Shown: in pieces, positions 37,912 through 50,962 of the stretch
How positions within the stretch are numbered: the stretch's first letter is position 1
How the letters are laid out: each line of letters opens with the position of its first letter
Assembly: GCA_025201805.1 (NCBI GenBank)
Contig: MU619257.1
Location: 74,615-138,614, forward strand
Source of the DNA: Parasitella parasitica NRRL 2501
Lineage: Eukaryota; Fungi; Mucoromycota
DNA length: 64,000 bases
Reading direction: 5' to 3'
The notes under the pieces: generated by a model
What the model was told of the DNA's origin: nothing
Databases searched by the model: none
The model's input: only the letters and a program-made list of their open reading frames with translations
Made by a program: the position numbers and the translations under genes

Positions 37912-40587
37912 ATGAGCACCACTCCCACCAGCGAGAAAAGACCCAGACGTCTTTCCATGCCCAAGCTGACACGTCGATTGACCAACGTCACTATTCATGT
38001 GGACGACGACAAGGACAACCTGGAACATGTCACTACCTCGAGCGTTCCGTCAAGCAAATCCAAGCATATTGCACTAGATCCTGAGCATTTGAAGGAGTGG
38101 AAGCAAGAAATGATACCCAAAAAGAACGACAAGGCCTCGGTCAAGAGGGACATTGTGCAGCACACTGTAGAAACTATTTGTCGCAATCCTTACAACCTGG
38201 ATAAATTGGCTGTTTATCAAGCAACCGCCCACACTGTTCGCGATCGTCTTTTGGAAGACTGGAACTTGACGCAACAGGCCGTCCACAAAGAAAACCCCAA
38301 GCGTTGCTACTATCTGTCCATGGAGTTCCTGATTGGCCGTGCTCTTGATAATGCTCTTCACTGCCTGGAAGTCAAGGATGTTTACAAGCAAAGTGTTGAG
38401 GATTTGGGCTTTAGATTGGAAGACTTGCTGCAGCAAGAACGTGATGCTGCGTTGGGTAATGGCGGTTTGGGACGTCTGGCTGCTTGCTATATGGACGCTG
38501 CTGCGACGTTGGATTACCCTACTTGGGGCTATGGTTTGCGCTACCAATATGGCATCTTCAAGCAAATGATCAACAGTGATGGCTATCAGATCGAAATGCC
38601 TGACTACTGGCTCGATTCCAATGGCAGTCCTTGGGAGTTTCCCAGAAACGACATCCGTTACCAAGTTCAGTTTTACGGCTATGTGGCAACCAAGGTAAAT
38701 GAGAAGGGAGAGTCTCGCATGTCATGGGAAGGTGGTGATAGAGTTCAAGCTATGGCTTATGATGTGCCTATTCCCGGCTTTGATACCAAGGGCTGCGGCA
38801 ATATTCGTCTTTGGGCCTCCAAGCCGCTCAAGTCTTTTGATTTTGCCTCTTTCAATGATGGCGACTATGACCGTTCCGTGGCCGACCAAAAGAACGCGGA
38901 AAATTTAACCTCTGTCCTTTACCCTAACGATAACCATTTGGTTGGCAAGGAGCTCCGTCTCAAACAAGAGTATTTCTTTGTCAGCGCCTCGCTCCAAGAC
39001 ATTATCCACCGTTTCAAAGGCTCCAACTGTGCCTGGAAGGACTTTCCTGACAAGGTGGCTGTCCAATTGAATGACACGCACCCTACCTTGGCTATTCCAG
39101 AACTGCAGCGTATTCTGCTCGACATTGAGGGCCTGGATTGGGATGCTGCCTGGGATATTGTCACACGCGTCTTTGCTTTTACTAACCACACCGTCTTACC
39201 TGAAGCCTTGGAATGTTGGTCCGTGCCCATGATGGAGCATATCCTCCCTCGCCATATGCAAATCGTGTACGACATTAATCTCTTCTTTTTGCAAAAGGTG
39301 GAAAAGGTAAACAGCGATCGGGGCCTGTTGAATCGTGTCTCTATTATTGAGGAAAGCAATCCGCAGCAAGTCCGTATGGCTTACCTTGCGGTCGTCGGGT
39401 CTCATACTGTCAATGGTGTTGCTGCTCTTCACTCTGACCTGGTGAAAACAAAACTATTTAAAGACTTTGTCAGCTACTATGGCCCTGAAAAGTTTATCAA
39501 CATCACGAATGGCATCACCCCTCGTCGCTGGCTCTACCAGGCGAATCCTGCTCTACGTAATCTTATTACCGAAACGTTGGGCTCCCAACATTGGGTTACA
39601 CATTTGGACGATTTGAAGGGCCTGACAAAGTATGCTGATAACGCCGAGTTCCAGGCCAAGTGGATGAACATCAAGCTGCAGAATAAGGTGCGTTTAGCTA
39701 GCTGGATCAAGAAAAACCTGGACATCACTGTGGACCCTCGCTCTCTCTTTGACATTCAAGTCAAGCGTATCCACGAGTATAAGCGCCAATTCATGAACAT
39801 TCTCGGTGTCATTTATCGGTACAAAAATCTTCAGCTTCTGTCTGCCGAGGAGCGCAAGGAAATAACTCCTCGCGTGGTTATCTTTGGTGGCAAATCAGCT
39901 CCTGGCTATTACGTCGCAAAGATGGTGATCAAATTGATCAACACTGTCGCTCAAGTTGTCAACAACGATACTCTGATTGACGGGCTTTTGAAGGTGGTCT
40001 ATATTCCCGATTATAACGTCTCGCTTGCCGAAATCATTGTCCCTGCATCAGATATCTCGCAGCACATTTCTACTGCTGGCACTGAAGCAGCTGGCACTTC
40101 CAACATGAAATTCGTCCTTAACGGTGGGTTGATTTTGGGCACAGTGGATGGCGCCAACATTGAAATCCGCGATGAAATTGGACAAGAAAACATATTTATG
40201 TTTGGCACGTTGGCTGACAAAGTTGATGATATTCGCCACAAACAGAAATACCACGGTGTTGAAATTGATCCTAATCTCCAAGTCGTTCTTCAATCAATTC
40301 AATCTGGCGAGTTTGGTGGCCCTGAAACTGCCTCTGTCTTTGGCCCTCTTATCAACACTTTGACTTATGGCGGTGATTATTACTTGATTTCTGCCGATTT
40401 TGAGCAATATCTGGATGCTCATGATAAGGTTGATGAGACCTACAAGGATACCTCTGCTTGGGCCAAGAAATCTATTTTGTGTACCGCCGGAATGGGCTTC
40501 TTCTCTGCCGATCGTGCCACTCGTGAATATGCTGATAAAATTTGGAATCTTAAGCCTGTTAGTTTGAATGGAGCAGCAACTCAATAA
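37912..40587 (+). CDS. GPH1: Glycogen phosphorylase (intronless)
   Basis: YYLSMEFLIGR, LGNGGLGRLAAC, QLNDTHP, QVKRIHEYKRQ, EAAGTSNMKF (PLP Lys). N-terminal LTRRLT phosphorylation motif as in yeast Gph1. Confidence 0.98.
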   Translation: MSTTPTSEKRPRRLSMPKLTRRLTNVTIHVDDDKDNLEHVTTSSVPSSKSKHIALDPEHLKEWKQEMIPKKNDKASVKRDIVQHTVETICRNPYNLDKLAVYQATAHTVRDRLLEDWNLTQQAVHKENPKRCYYLSMEFLIGRALDNALHCLEVKDVYKQSVEDLGFRLEDLLQQERDAALGNGGLGRLAACYMDAAATLDYPTWGYGLRYQYGIFKQMINSDGYQIEMPDYWLDSNGSPWEFPRNDIRYQVQFYGYVATKVNEKGESRMSWEGGDRVQAMAYDVPIPGFDTKGCGNIRLWASKPLKSFDFASFNDGDYDRSVADQKNAENLTSVLYPNDNHLVGKELRLKQEYFFVSASLQDIIHRFKGSNCAWKDFPDKVAVQLNDTHPTLAIPELQRILLDIEGLDWDAAWDIVTRVFAFTNHTVLPEALECWSVPMMEHILPRHMQIVYDINLFFLQKVEKVNSDRGLLNRVSIIEESNPQQVRMAYLAVVGSHTVNGVAALHSDLVKTKLFKDFVSYYGPEKFINITNGITPRRWLYQANPALRNLITETLGSQHWVTHLDDLKGLTKYADNAEFQAKWMNIKLQNKVRLASWIKKNLDITVDPRSLFDIQVKRIHEYKRQFMNILGVIYRYKNLQLLSAEERKEITPRVVIFGGKSAPGYYVAKMVIKLINTVAQVVNNDTLIDGLLKVVYIPDYNVSLAEIIVPASDISQHISTAGTEAAGTSNMKFVLNGGLILGTVDGANIEIRDEIGQENIFMFGTLADKVDDIRHKQKYHGVEIDPNLQVVLQSIQSGEFGGPETASVFGPLINTLTYGGDYYLISADFEQYLDAHDKVDETYKDTSAWAKKSILCTAGMGFFSADRATREYADKIWNLKPVSLNGAATQ

Positions 40588-40849
40588 CCGGTTGGCTCTA
40601 GTTTTTATCGACACCTTTTTTTTTTTTTTTGTTTTGTCTATATTAGAAAAATAAACAATATTATCCCTGCCTAATTACTCGAATCTCGAATGCCAGAAGC
40701 CGGCAGTGTTCAAGTTCGACTCTTTTTACACATGAAAAGCTAGTGACAATCTGAATCGTTCTTTAAAACACGTGTGGACATACGGCCTCAGACATTTTCA
40801 AAAGACATGACGATTTCGCAACTCTTTTACAAAGAAACCCAGTTTTGAA

Positions 40850-41671
40850 ATGAACAACACTAGCTTTCAATACCCACCCATGTTTGATTTCCCACCATTT
40901 TTTACGTAAGAACAGGCCTTCAAACGTTTGACAGTGTCCACTAACCTGCTAAGCAATAGACGACAAGCAACCGAGGCAACCTGGAAAAGCCAAGCAATGC
41001 AATGGGAAAACTTGATACTAAGCTATACTCGCCAGAAGCATATATTTCGTCTAGATCTTCATCAGGCCACATCTCCCGGAGGAATCGATGTGTTTGAAAA
41101 CAAAAAGATCAATAGACGTTTATCATTTGAAACGCTGCAAGATATCATTGAGGAAATGGCACGAAAAGGTTTTAAAATGCATTATTATATGGCCTACATG
41201 TGACGCTCAATTTTATCATGTAGGCACAGCTGAATGGGAAGGGGGGCCGAAAGGACCAAAGAGTGAAGCGTTGATCTACTGGCACACTCCAGAAGACTGG
41301 GCCAATTTGATTTGGGGCTGGGTAAGGATCGAACAACATGCACTTTTTTTTATTTTATTTGTAGACTCAAATTGATTCTTAACAGATTAACGAGACAGGT
41401 CAAGATAATCAAATCGTTACATATTACGAGATCGCCAATGGCGATTTAGCAGAAGGGCAAGGTAAACAACTTGTTCAAATCGATATAAAAAAAAAAAAAA
41501 AAAAAAAAAGTACAGTGTTGTTTTTAATTAATTCTCAATACAGAATTCTTTGAATTGGATAAAGCGATTTTGGGTAAAGCACTGAATGTTTTGGTGAAGC
41601 GAGGAAACGCTCAAATATTCAAAGGAACAGATGAAGACAGCATGGGTGTTAAATTTTTTAGCCCACTATAA
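40850..41671 (+). CDS. VPS25: ESCRT-II subunit Vps25
   Basis: FQYPPMFDFPPFFT|RQ...W..LILSY, FENKKINRRLS, IYWHTPEDWANLIW, TYYEI, GVKFF. Four introns. Confidence 0.93.
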
Positions 41672-41674
41672 GTT

Positions 41675-43791
41675 TTACAATAAAGGGCGAGTTTCTTTCT
41701 TGAGCCATGCAACAGCATCAGGATCAGACGCAATCAAAGGAGTCAATTTCTCAAAGCATTCTTGATGATAATCATTCAGCCATTTCTTCTCGGCAGGTGA
41801 TAGTAAGCTTTCATCGATCAAGTTCAAGCCAATGGGTGCCATGGTAACGTGCTCAAAGCCCAAATAGCCTCTGTCTCCAAAGTTGTTGGGCGTGTCTTGT
41901 TTGCGAACGATCAATACGTTTTCAATACGGATACCAAATTTGCCGTCCTCATAGTAGCCAGGTTCTAAGGAAACACATTTAATTTGGCTACTTTTGACAA
42001 AAAAAAAACGACGTTGATCACTCTATACCATCAGTTACGGTCATTCCAGCTGCTAAAGGCGTATTGTTATAGGGAGCTCTGACACCGATACCATGAGGAC
42101 CCTCGTGCACATTAAGGAAAGAACCGACACCATGGCCAGTGCCATGTCGATAATCTAAGCCTTGCTTCCAGAGTGGCATTCTGGCAAAGGGATCCAAAAG
42201 ATACCCTGTTGTGCCTGTGGGGAATACAGCCATATCCAGGGCAATATGGCCCTGCAGGACAGCAGTAAAGCATGCCTTTTCATAATCAGTTGGGGTTCCA
42301 AAGTGCAACGTCCGAGTGACATCGGTCGTGCCATCTTTGTATTGGGCACCAGAGTCGCAAAGGTAGATTTGGTTGGGATCGATCGTCTTGCAGTTTCCTC
42401 TTTCGGGCTCATAATGAATAATAGCACCGTTTGCGCCAGTAGACGAAATAGTGGGGAAAGACAGCCCCACATAGGCCTCTTGAGAGGCACGCAGTTTCTC
42501 GAGATAATCGCCAGCTTCTACTTCGTCCAAATGGTTTCCTGCAGCCAACTGATTCTCGAGCCAGGCAAAGTAGCGGACGAGAGCAGCGCCATCGCGGATA
42601 TGACAATCCCTCATGCCCTTTAATTCTCTCTCATTTTTGATAGCCTTGGCATCATTGATGAAGGAAGGCTCTTCCAAGACAAACTCGGCACCAACGGCTT
42701 CTTCAATAGCTAGGCTCGTGTTGTCGTCGATCAATAATTTTTGGGTAGAGGATGCCAGCGTATTCTTGAGCTGTCGCAAGTCATCAAAAATAGCATCGTA
42801 AGCCTTCAATCCAACGCCTTCTAAATGGTCGCGAACAGCAGGTGTCAGCTTCTCAGGATTGATGTATAAAGTAGGCTGGCTTTGGGTGACAACAGCATAG
42901 GCGTAAAATACAGGATTGCACTCGACATCTGAGCCTCTCAAATTAAACAACCAAGCAATCTCATCTAATGCGGACACAACGACGCCAAAGCGATCCTTTT
43001 CTTTCAAATGCTGAACGACTTTGCTTAGCTTGTCTTGATGACTTTCGCCTAGAGAATAATATATACAATAATGAGCACTGCCAGTTGTAACACGAGTATT
43101 TAGGCATTTACCTGCAAACTCGACCGAGTGGATAAACACCTTGTCATGGGGTGTCGATGGTCTCTCATCACCCCAGGCAATATCAACTAGGTTGCGCTCA
43201 ACAAGCACGAGAACCGAATCCACAGTGCTTAGACGTTTTCTGAGATCATGAGCATCAGCAACAGTAGTCAATGCAGCATCCAAGCCGATGCGGGATCCAG
43301 GAGGGAGTTTCTGCATTGCCTGTTAGTTTCTGGGCGTTTCCAAAGACGCCAACAAATACTTACGTTTACAAGATATTCCTGCCATGTGGGGACACCGGGA
43401 AGGCCTTGCTTCATCAAAACCCAGTTTTCATCCAATTGCTCGGACGCTTGCAAAAAGTATCTGCCGTCAGTGAATAAAGCTGCCTCGTCATTTGAAACGA
43501 TGGCGAATCCAGCAGACCCAGTAAATCCAGAGATCCATTGTCGTCTTTGGTCACAGTCAGCTCCATATTCACTCTAAAATTTGATGTCAGTGCATGCTTT
43601 ATTGCCGTCTTATGCGTGTGGTTCATATTTACTTGATGGGCGTCTTCTGAAGGAATTAAACTAAATAAACATTAGTAAGCCTATTTTGGAGATCATACGC
43701 TGCAAGCTATTTACAAGGCATCGATATGCTGCTGCTCAGAGTGGAAAAGCGCTCGCAAGGCTTTCAATCTATCGCCAGTATGTATAGTCAT
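41675..43791 (-). CDS. Xaa-Pro aminopeptidase (aminopeptidase P; XPNPEP1/Fra1-like)
   Basis: IPSEDAHQ|[70 protein letters not shown]. Five introns. Confidence 0.96.
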
Positions 43792-43807
43792 TTTATAGTG
43801 TCGAACG

Positions 43808-43844
<37 letters not shown>

Positions 43845-43933
43845 AGAAACGGAAAGAAAACACGAAAGCGTTCAATTTATAGACGTTTGCACTTTAAAGA
43901 CCAGTTTAATTTATTTACATTACATGTTGCAAT

Positions 43934-46900
43934 TCAAGCAAACAGTGCACGAGTTTCGCCGTCTAATTCAGTCGTGTCTTTTCCTTTATCAAGCCACGAC
44001 TTCCACGCATTGTTCCTAGCCGTGCAAGCCTCAGCGGCGCAATCACTTCTTGCAGGTGATCGCATAAAGGCATCTTCGCCTGGAACAACATAAAACAAGT
44101 GGTATGTATTCCGACATATTTTGTACGCCAAGCTGGACCGAACAGTGTAACTGTCATCAACTGCCTGCTGCATATTTCTAGTGGTAGTCAGTATTTTTAG
44201 ATTCCCGCTTTGCGTGCAACCAAAGCTTTCAAATTACCTGCTCAAGAAGCTCTTTTGCAGCTTTTTCTTATCAATGCCAGGAGTGTCAGTGTCCCAGTTG
44301 GTATATTTAGTCACATAATCGGTATACACATCAACATCATTCAATCCAAATGTCTTGTCGTCCTTCTCCAGTAATTGAATGTACAATGTCTGTTTCAAGG
44401 TATCAAATGCTAGGTTGTACAGTTTTTCGTCCTCGCCTAATGCGTCTGTAACTTCTGAGCGATAGGACTCTATTAGTCGGAGCGTGCTCTTTTCATGCTC
44501 GTGGTTCTTTTTAAAAAAGGACAATATCGTCTGGGCTTTTGAGTCAGTGACAATCTGGTGCAATTGGCGCATAATCGATTGCATGAGCTTGTCAATGGTA
44601 AACAAAACATACGCCCTATTTCCAAACATGTATCGCGTACATTCTTCGAAAACGGTTTGGTCAAATGCGTCGTCGAAATAGCGATCAATAAGTGATAAAA
44701 GCGCATGGTAATATCCCTTTTTGAAGTCCATGTAGACGTCTATAGTCTGGTTAGCTGATACACTCACATACGGAAGCAATGCAACTTACTGTTGTATTCC
44801 TTGCTGGAGACGTCCAGGTCTAAAGCCGCTTTTGTTGATGATTTGGCATCTTCACCGTTCGTCCTGTATTCTCTATCGAGCTGCTTCATTTGATGGAGGC
44901 GATCGTAACAGACTTGAAAGAGGCGAAAGAAGCAGTAAAAGGTGGTGTTGCCAAACAGGTTGTATATCTTTTGCTCCTTGCCGGCATCTTCAATTTGGTC
45001 GTCGTTGTCGTCGTAGTCGTCGTCGTGTGCAGGCAATTGCTGCATCTTGGCTTCCGCTGCCTTGGTCTCTGTGATGGATTTCAGCTTTTTGGTAAGGACG
45101 TCCTTCAGCAAGTTTTGATGGTCTTCATCATTTGATTTCTGTCGCGGAGATCTACGTCCATTTCGGCGGGTATGGCTCGCTCCTCTTTTGGTCAATCGAG
45201 AATCGGCTGATGTATCAACCAAGTGCTGTGTCTCATTGTCTTGGTCGTCTTGGTTCACGTCCTCATCCATAGCATCCTCGTCGTCGACGTCTTCATCCTC
45301 GTCATCCAACATGATGTCTTGCGGCTGTTCTTTTTCTGGAAGGACGTCAGGGACATCAAAGAAAACTGGCAGAAACATCTCAATGAAGGCTTTCATCACT
45401 GCACAATCCTCAGGACCGTATACCGTTTGACGGTCGAAATAGCTATATAGCACACGGGTCACATCCTTGAACACCTTTTTGCTTCTAAACGAGTAAAAAA
45501 GCTGTGGCTCTTGCAGCTCGGCTTGGTCGCGATGAATAGCCTCAATCTCCCCTACCAGCTGCTTTATGCTCATGTTTTTCTTGTCGTTGGTTTTAAAGAT
45601 AACGCCTTGATAATCCAATGCCTTGTAATAGTTTTTGCTGTCAACCTCTCTCCAGACTTTGTTCCACTCACGTTGTAGACGTCGCCACTCCTCATCCTTC
45701 TGTTTAAGGCGTTTTAATACCACAGGTACTGCGTGTGCTGGGCTATTGTGCAGCATATCAATCACTTGGGCTCCCTTTTCACTGCCATAGATCTTTTTGA
45801 GGACCCGCTGGTAGATGGTTTTCGAAGGACCACCTAGCCCAGGGGACACCTTAAAGTCGTTCTTTTCGTCGTCTGTCATCAATGTAATCTTTTTGTTGAT
45901 CGGCTCGAGTAACGAAATCGTGTTGAGATTAGCCTCGATATCCAAATCGTAATGGTATCTCTCTTCCTCTACACGGTGGAGTGCTTCTTCGTAGACATTC
46001 TTCTTGGACGCAATGAATCCGCCATCCTCACTTGCCCAAGTAGGATGAGACACGTATTCGTCATTCAGGACCTCCCAGCACAGCGAATCTCTTCCTGAAC
46101 ATTTCTGTGATTGCCACTATCCCAATAATAATGATAATAATAATAATAAACTCCCGCTTAGTAGGTCATTTCAATACCAAGAACAGAACTTACGTGTTTA
46201 GGGACAGATCGATAGCTGGGACCATATTCGAAAGCAGAGCCATATTCAATGTTGGATGAAAGCAGCGGTACGTTTTCAATCACACGGTCTTTGCCGTCAT
46301 ATCCTACCAATTTTTTCAGCTGACTGAGCAATTCTTTGTTGCTACTCAAGTAGGAATCGCATCGATCAATCAACTGATTTGCATCCAACACCTGTTGAGT
46401 AAACAGATTAAGCACACGCAGAAATGAAAAGTAGGTCTGCTTGTTTCCAATATGCTTCTTGACTCGGTCAAAAAACTCGGCTTCTACAGCTGAAATCACA
46501 GGCCCATCGACAGGTGCAGTGGGCAACACTATAGGTGCTCGTCTTATGTCTGAAGTTATCGCATAATCCATTTTATTAGGTACGCTGGTTGCTGGTCTGC
46601 CGCTGTGGTGAAGCTTGGCCTTTTTCTGCTTAGGCAAAGGCAAAGATCGCTGCTTTTTCGTCTTTTTGGTAGTTTCAACGACAGGTGGTTGCGATGTGTC
46701 AGGTAGAAATTGTTTAAATTCGGCCAAAAGATCATTGGCGCCATTAAACAGAGTTTGGACTTGCGCATATACTTCTTGGATGGGCTTTTGCTCCTTTTGA
46801 TAGGTCTGCAAAATCTCTAAAAACTGCTTATAAGTGTCTGGTTCATTACTAAATCGGTTTTTTATCTTGTTCACATAGTTGATAGCATGGTTGAATTCAA

Positions 46901-48115
46901 CGGGTGTTCGTCGAGTAGCATGTTCATCCGGCTGCGCTACAGTCGTAGACGATGTCAGAGGAAGAGGAGACATGGATCGATGTGCGTGTGATGGTTGGGA
47001 ACTGTTTTCGTTGACAGACGAGGACGGCGGAACAGACGAGCGTTGTGGACTATGTAGCGATGGAGAAGGATGGTATGTAGCTATAGGTGGCAAAGAGCCG
47101 TTGGTATTACGATAAATGTTGCTTTGATAAACTTGTGCTGGAGCTGGCGATCTTTGTTGCTGTGGTTGATTATGGTAGTACAATGCAGACTGTTCTGGCT
47201 GCAGATTGAGTGGTTCGCCACTTGTAGTACTAGTCGTGCCTGTAGGTGTGGTCACTTTGATGATATCTCTAGAATAAGCATCTGTTGTGCATTCAATGCG
47301 GTATCCAGGTGGTAAAAATGTATTGAATCCAGAAATTAATGCCGGATGGCCTCTAAACAAGGTAGAAACTCGTTCAATAACCCCAGGTGTGTCGATCCTA
47401 CAGGTAAAAAACCAGTTGCATTTAGTTGCGAGTTGAACAGGATCATTAAGAAATCTTACGCTTGACTCTTAAACTCTTTCATAATATCTAAAAATCGATT
47501 ATAGACCCTGGCTTGGTCAGCAAATTTCATCTTGACTTGATCCAAATAGGTCAAAGCATCTTTTACATTTAAAGGACGATATCCGCTTGATGAATTGTTA
47601 TTGGCATTAGGTGAGTTTGTAGCAACAGACAAAGCATTCATGTTCTGGTGAGTTGTTGCTGCATTATTTGTTGCCATCGCAACCGGTTCAGGAACAGCGC
47701 TGCTGGACAATGACTCGATGGGAGTCCTTTGTCTCGAATAATTCGGGGAATCTGTCGATTGTAGCAAAGTCAGTTGAGGCGGAGGAGTCTCAGATGTGCG
47801 ACGTCTCTGAAATGAAGGCTGCTCTACTGATGTTACAGGCGTTGCTATTGCTGCTACTGCTGCTACATCTGAACTGGCATCAACGGAGTTTGCCGTATTG
47901 GTTTGATATGGACTGCTTTCCAATGTTCGTCGTGGGGCAGTAGGTGAGTTGTATGAACTCATGTAAGGCTCTGCAGTGCTAGAAGCGTTGAGATTGACCA
48001 AAGGTCTTCAAAATTAGGCAACCAATATATAAACAAGAAATAATGGCAAAATAGATGGTGGTATATATATTAATATTATTTTTTACCTTTTGGGTGAAGG
48101 AGAATCTACTGGCAT
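43934..48115 (-). CDS. SIN3: Sin3 corepressor scaffold
   Basis: PAH1 [14 protein letters not shown]...[22 protein letters not shown]2 [20 protein letters not shown]3, HID YGPSYR...[13 protein letters not shown]...HPTWASED, Sin3a_C. Short first exon MPVDSPSPK. Confidence 0.95.
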
Positions 48116-49152
48116 AATGTCCTGGTCGATCCGTATCTTGGATTAAGTTGAGTTGATGGTTGAAATTTATATAAATGTTGATCACTGATGTTGGCGCGTA
48201 TGAAGAGCTGGTTGTCTATTCAATTTTCAAAGCTTTGTGATATGAATTGATAGCTCAAGTAAGTATATTATCTTGTTGATGAGGTAGACAGAAAGTAAGC
48301 AACTGAAAAAGGGAAGGAAAAGGCGTGGTCAAATTGGTGACACTGGAAAATGGTCCATTTTCCGCGTCAAAAGCCACTCTGAACCTAGCCATAGTCACGA
48401 AGAAGGGTTCCTGAGACACATTCCCATTTGATACAGTACTGTATTCTAAATTGTGGGCTCTGTATACGGTATCATCATCAAATAGGTAATTGTCATAAAG
48501 AGAGTGTTAGAAATACATTAATAAAATTTGAAAGACTTGCTTGATTGCTGTGCCACACGACCTAATCATATACACTTTGTTTCTTCATCGAAATGAATTA
48601 GTGAGTTGCTTTGAGCATTAATGACTTGACCACTTGGGTTCACTATTATCCATAAAAAGATAGAACTATACAATGATAAAATGGGGTCAAGAAGAAGCAA
48701 CATATTTAACGGCATTTTTCTTGACGCAAATTGCTTCTCTCCATTAACCAACCATGCCTCGCTCTTCCGAATTATGGGCTTTGAGTGCTATTCGCATGCA
48801 TTTATATAAAAGATCTTTATGCCCTGGAAACTATCGATGCAACACCATTTCATTAAAGAAAGCTACATTGAGAAACCAATAAAGTGATCTGTTGAAGGAC
48901 ATCTGACTTCTAGATTAGAATTGTTTTTTGATTCAATATTGAGGCTGTGCTTGTCTCTGAACATGGCCGGTTAGAGAGAACAGAGATGGTCAAAATATAA
49001 ATAAAAAAGTGTGTTCATAAGAGAACATCTTTGTAGTAGACGTTTGCTATCTGTTTGAAGCAAATAGGCAGGGGTTTCACTTTATATTTATATGATAAAT
49101 TACTCGAAAGGTCTACTGCCTTGAAACCTTTTTGTTTCTTTTGTTGACTAAA

Positions 49153-50085
49153 ATGGCTTCAGTAGGTAAGGAATGCTTTCACGTTTGGGAAGCGCTGCTA
49201 ATCCTTGAGAAGATCATAATAAGCTTACTCTTTGCGGCGCCTTGTTTTGCCCTTATGTTCAGCGTGCCCGCATCGCACTTGCTGAACTTGGTGTCGACTA
49301 CAACTTTGTCATCATAGACGCAAAAAATAAGCCTTCGTGGTAAAACTCATTGGGCTACATGACTCATTTCTGTAAATGTATTTAAGCTTCTATTTGCAGG
49401 TATTTGGACATTTTTCCCGAAGGAAAGATTCCTTGCCTAATAGATGAGAATTCTCATGCCATCCCTGACTCGCTTACAATTGTACAGTATCTATGTGAGC
49501 GCTTTTCTGACAAAAAATCGTAAGCTTAATTCATGATGCGTTAGGCTAGGCAATTGACTGTTTGTACATAGCTTGATTTCAGCAGAGATACTTGAGCGAG
49601 CTGATAGTCGTTACGCTATAGAATTTTATGGCAGCACTATTGGTGCAGACTACAACAACTACCTCAAAACATGCGGCGAAGAAGGCTCTTTTAGACGTTA
49701 TAAAATGGTCATGAACGCCCATTTATTCCGTGTAAGTTATTTTCGTTTAATCGTGTACACATATCGCTGAATAATCCAACATTTTGTATTCTATTAGCTG
49801 GATCAACTTTTGAAAGCCCAGCCATCTACAGGGCCCTATTTCTTGGGCAAAGACTTTTCCTATGCTGATATTGGCATGGCATCTTTTGTAATCCGGATGC
49901 TTACTTTTAACAAGCATATGTTGGATGAATTCCAATTTAGTGCTCTTGAGGCGTGCCCACGAGTAGCCACATACTTTGAGGCTCTAATCAGCAGACCATC
50001 CGTTCAAGAAACGTTTTTGGGCGCGGAAGAGTATCTCTCTTGGCTAAAAAACGATCATCATGTTGCTCTACCCACTAAAAAGTAG
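49153..50085 (+). CDS. Glutathione S-transferase, omega-like (catalytic Cys)
   Basis: Spliced: FCPYVQRARIAL...KNKPSW|YLDIFPEGKIPCL...DSLTIVQYL...GPYFLGKDFSYADI...RPSV. Four introns. Confidence 0.88.
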
Positions 50086-50962
50086 CAATAAAATCAATCT
50101 TTTGGCAAAGAGATTATTGACTTGTGCTGCTGTACGGTTTAGCCGGCCTGTGTACATAAATAATGAAATAAATATACGTTAAACACTCGGATCTGTGTAA
50201 AACCAAATAACACAAATCTTGTGTTTGTAAATTAACAACAACATTTAATGAATTATTGTGCCTTTAGAGTCAGATAAGCATGCCATGCCTGACATATCCT
50301 AAGTTTAGCTTATCGGTCAAGAGGAATACAGGCCAGCAGCGTTAGTTGTACAAGCATACATGGTTGTACAGGAATTGGAAAATGCAATCTTTCTGATTTA
50401 TGCCATGATGTACGAGATATATACACATACATACGTGCAGAAAGAAATAGGGAAATAAGATTAGCACAATATTCCAGTAAGTCTCTGCTGTCTGAAAAGG
50501 AATCCATGGACCATAAAAGAGACAATTTTGTGTAGATGCTGTATTCCCGATCGCACTTCACAATTCATTGTGTGTATGGTGCAATCCTGAAAGTTCCATT
50601 TTTTTAAACATTCCAAAACGCTTGTTTTGTACTTTTGGTCCAATAATATGCAACAATTTGCATTGAAAAATCCAATCAAACCTTAGAATCACCCATATAA
50701 CGCAAGATTGATTTGAAAAGATACAATTTATAGATTGTAAAAACATTGATATGGTATTCCCTCCTCTCTATATGTAGATCGAATAAACTTCATTCATGTC
50801 CATTAATTCTCGTATTATGCTATACAGCGATGCACTACGCATTTATTATATACAAAATTACTAGATTGGTGTCAATTTCTCTAGTTTCAAAGCCGAGATA
50901 ACCCTTGAAAGGGGAAAAAAAAAAAAAAAGAAAAAAGAAAAGAAAAATTTATTTCCATATAA

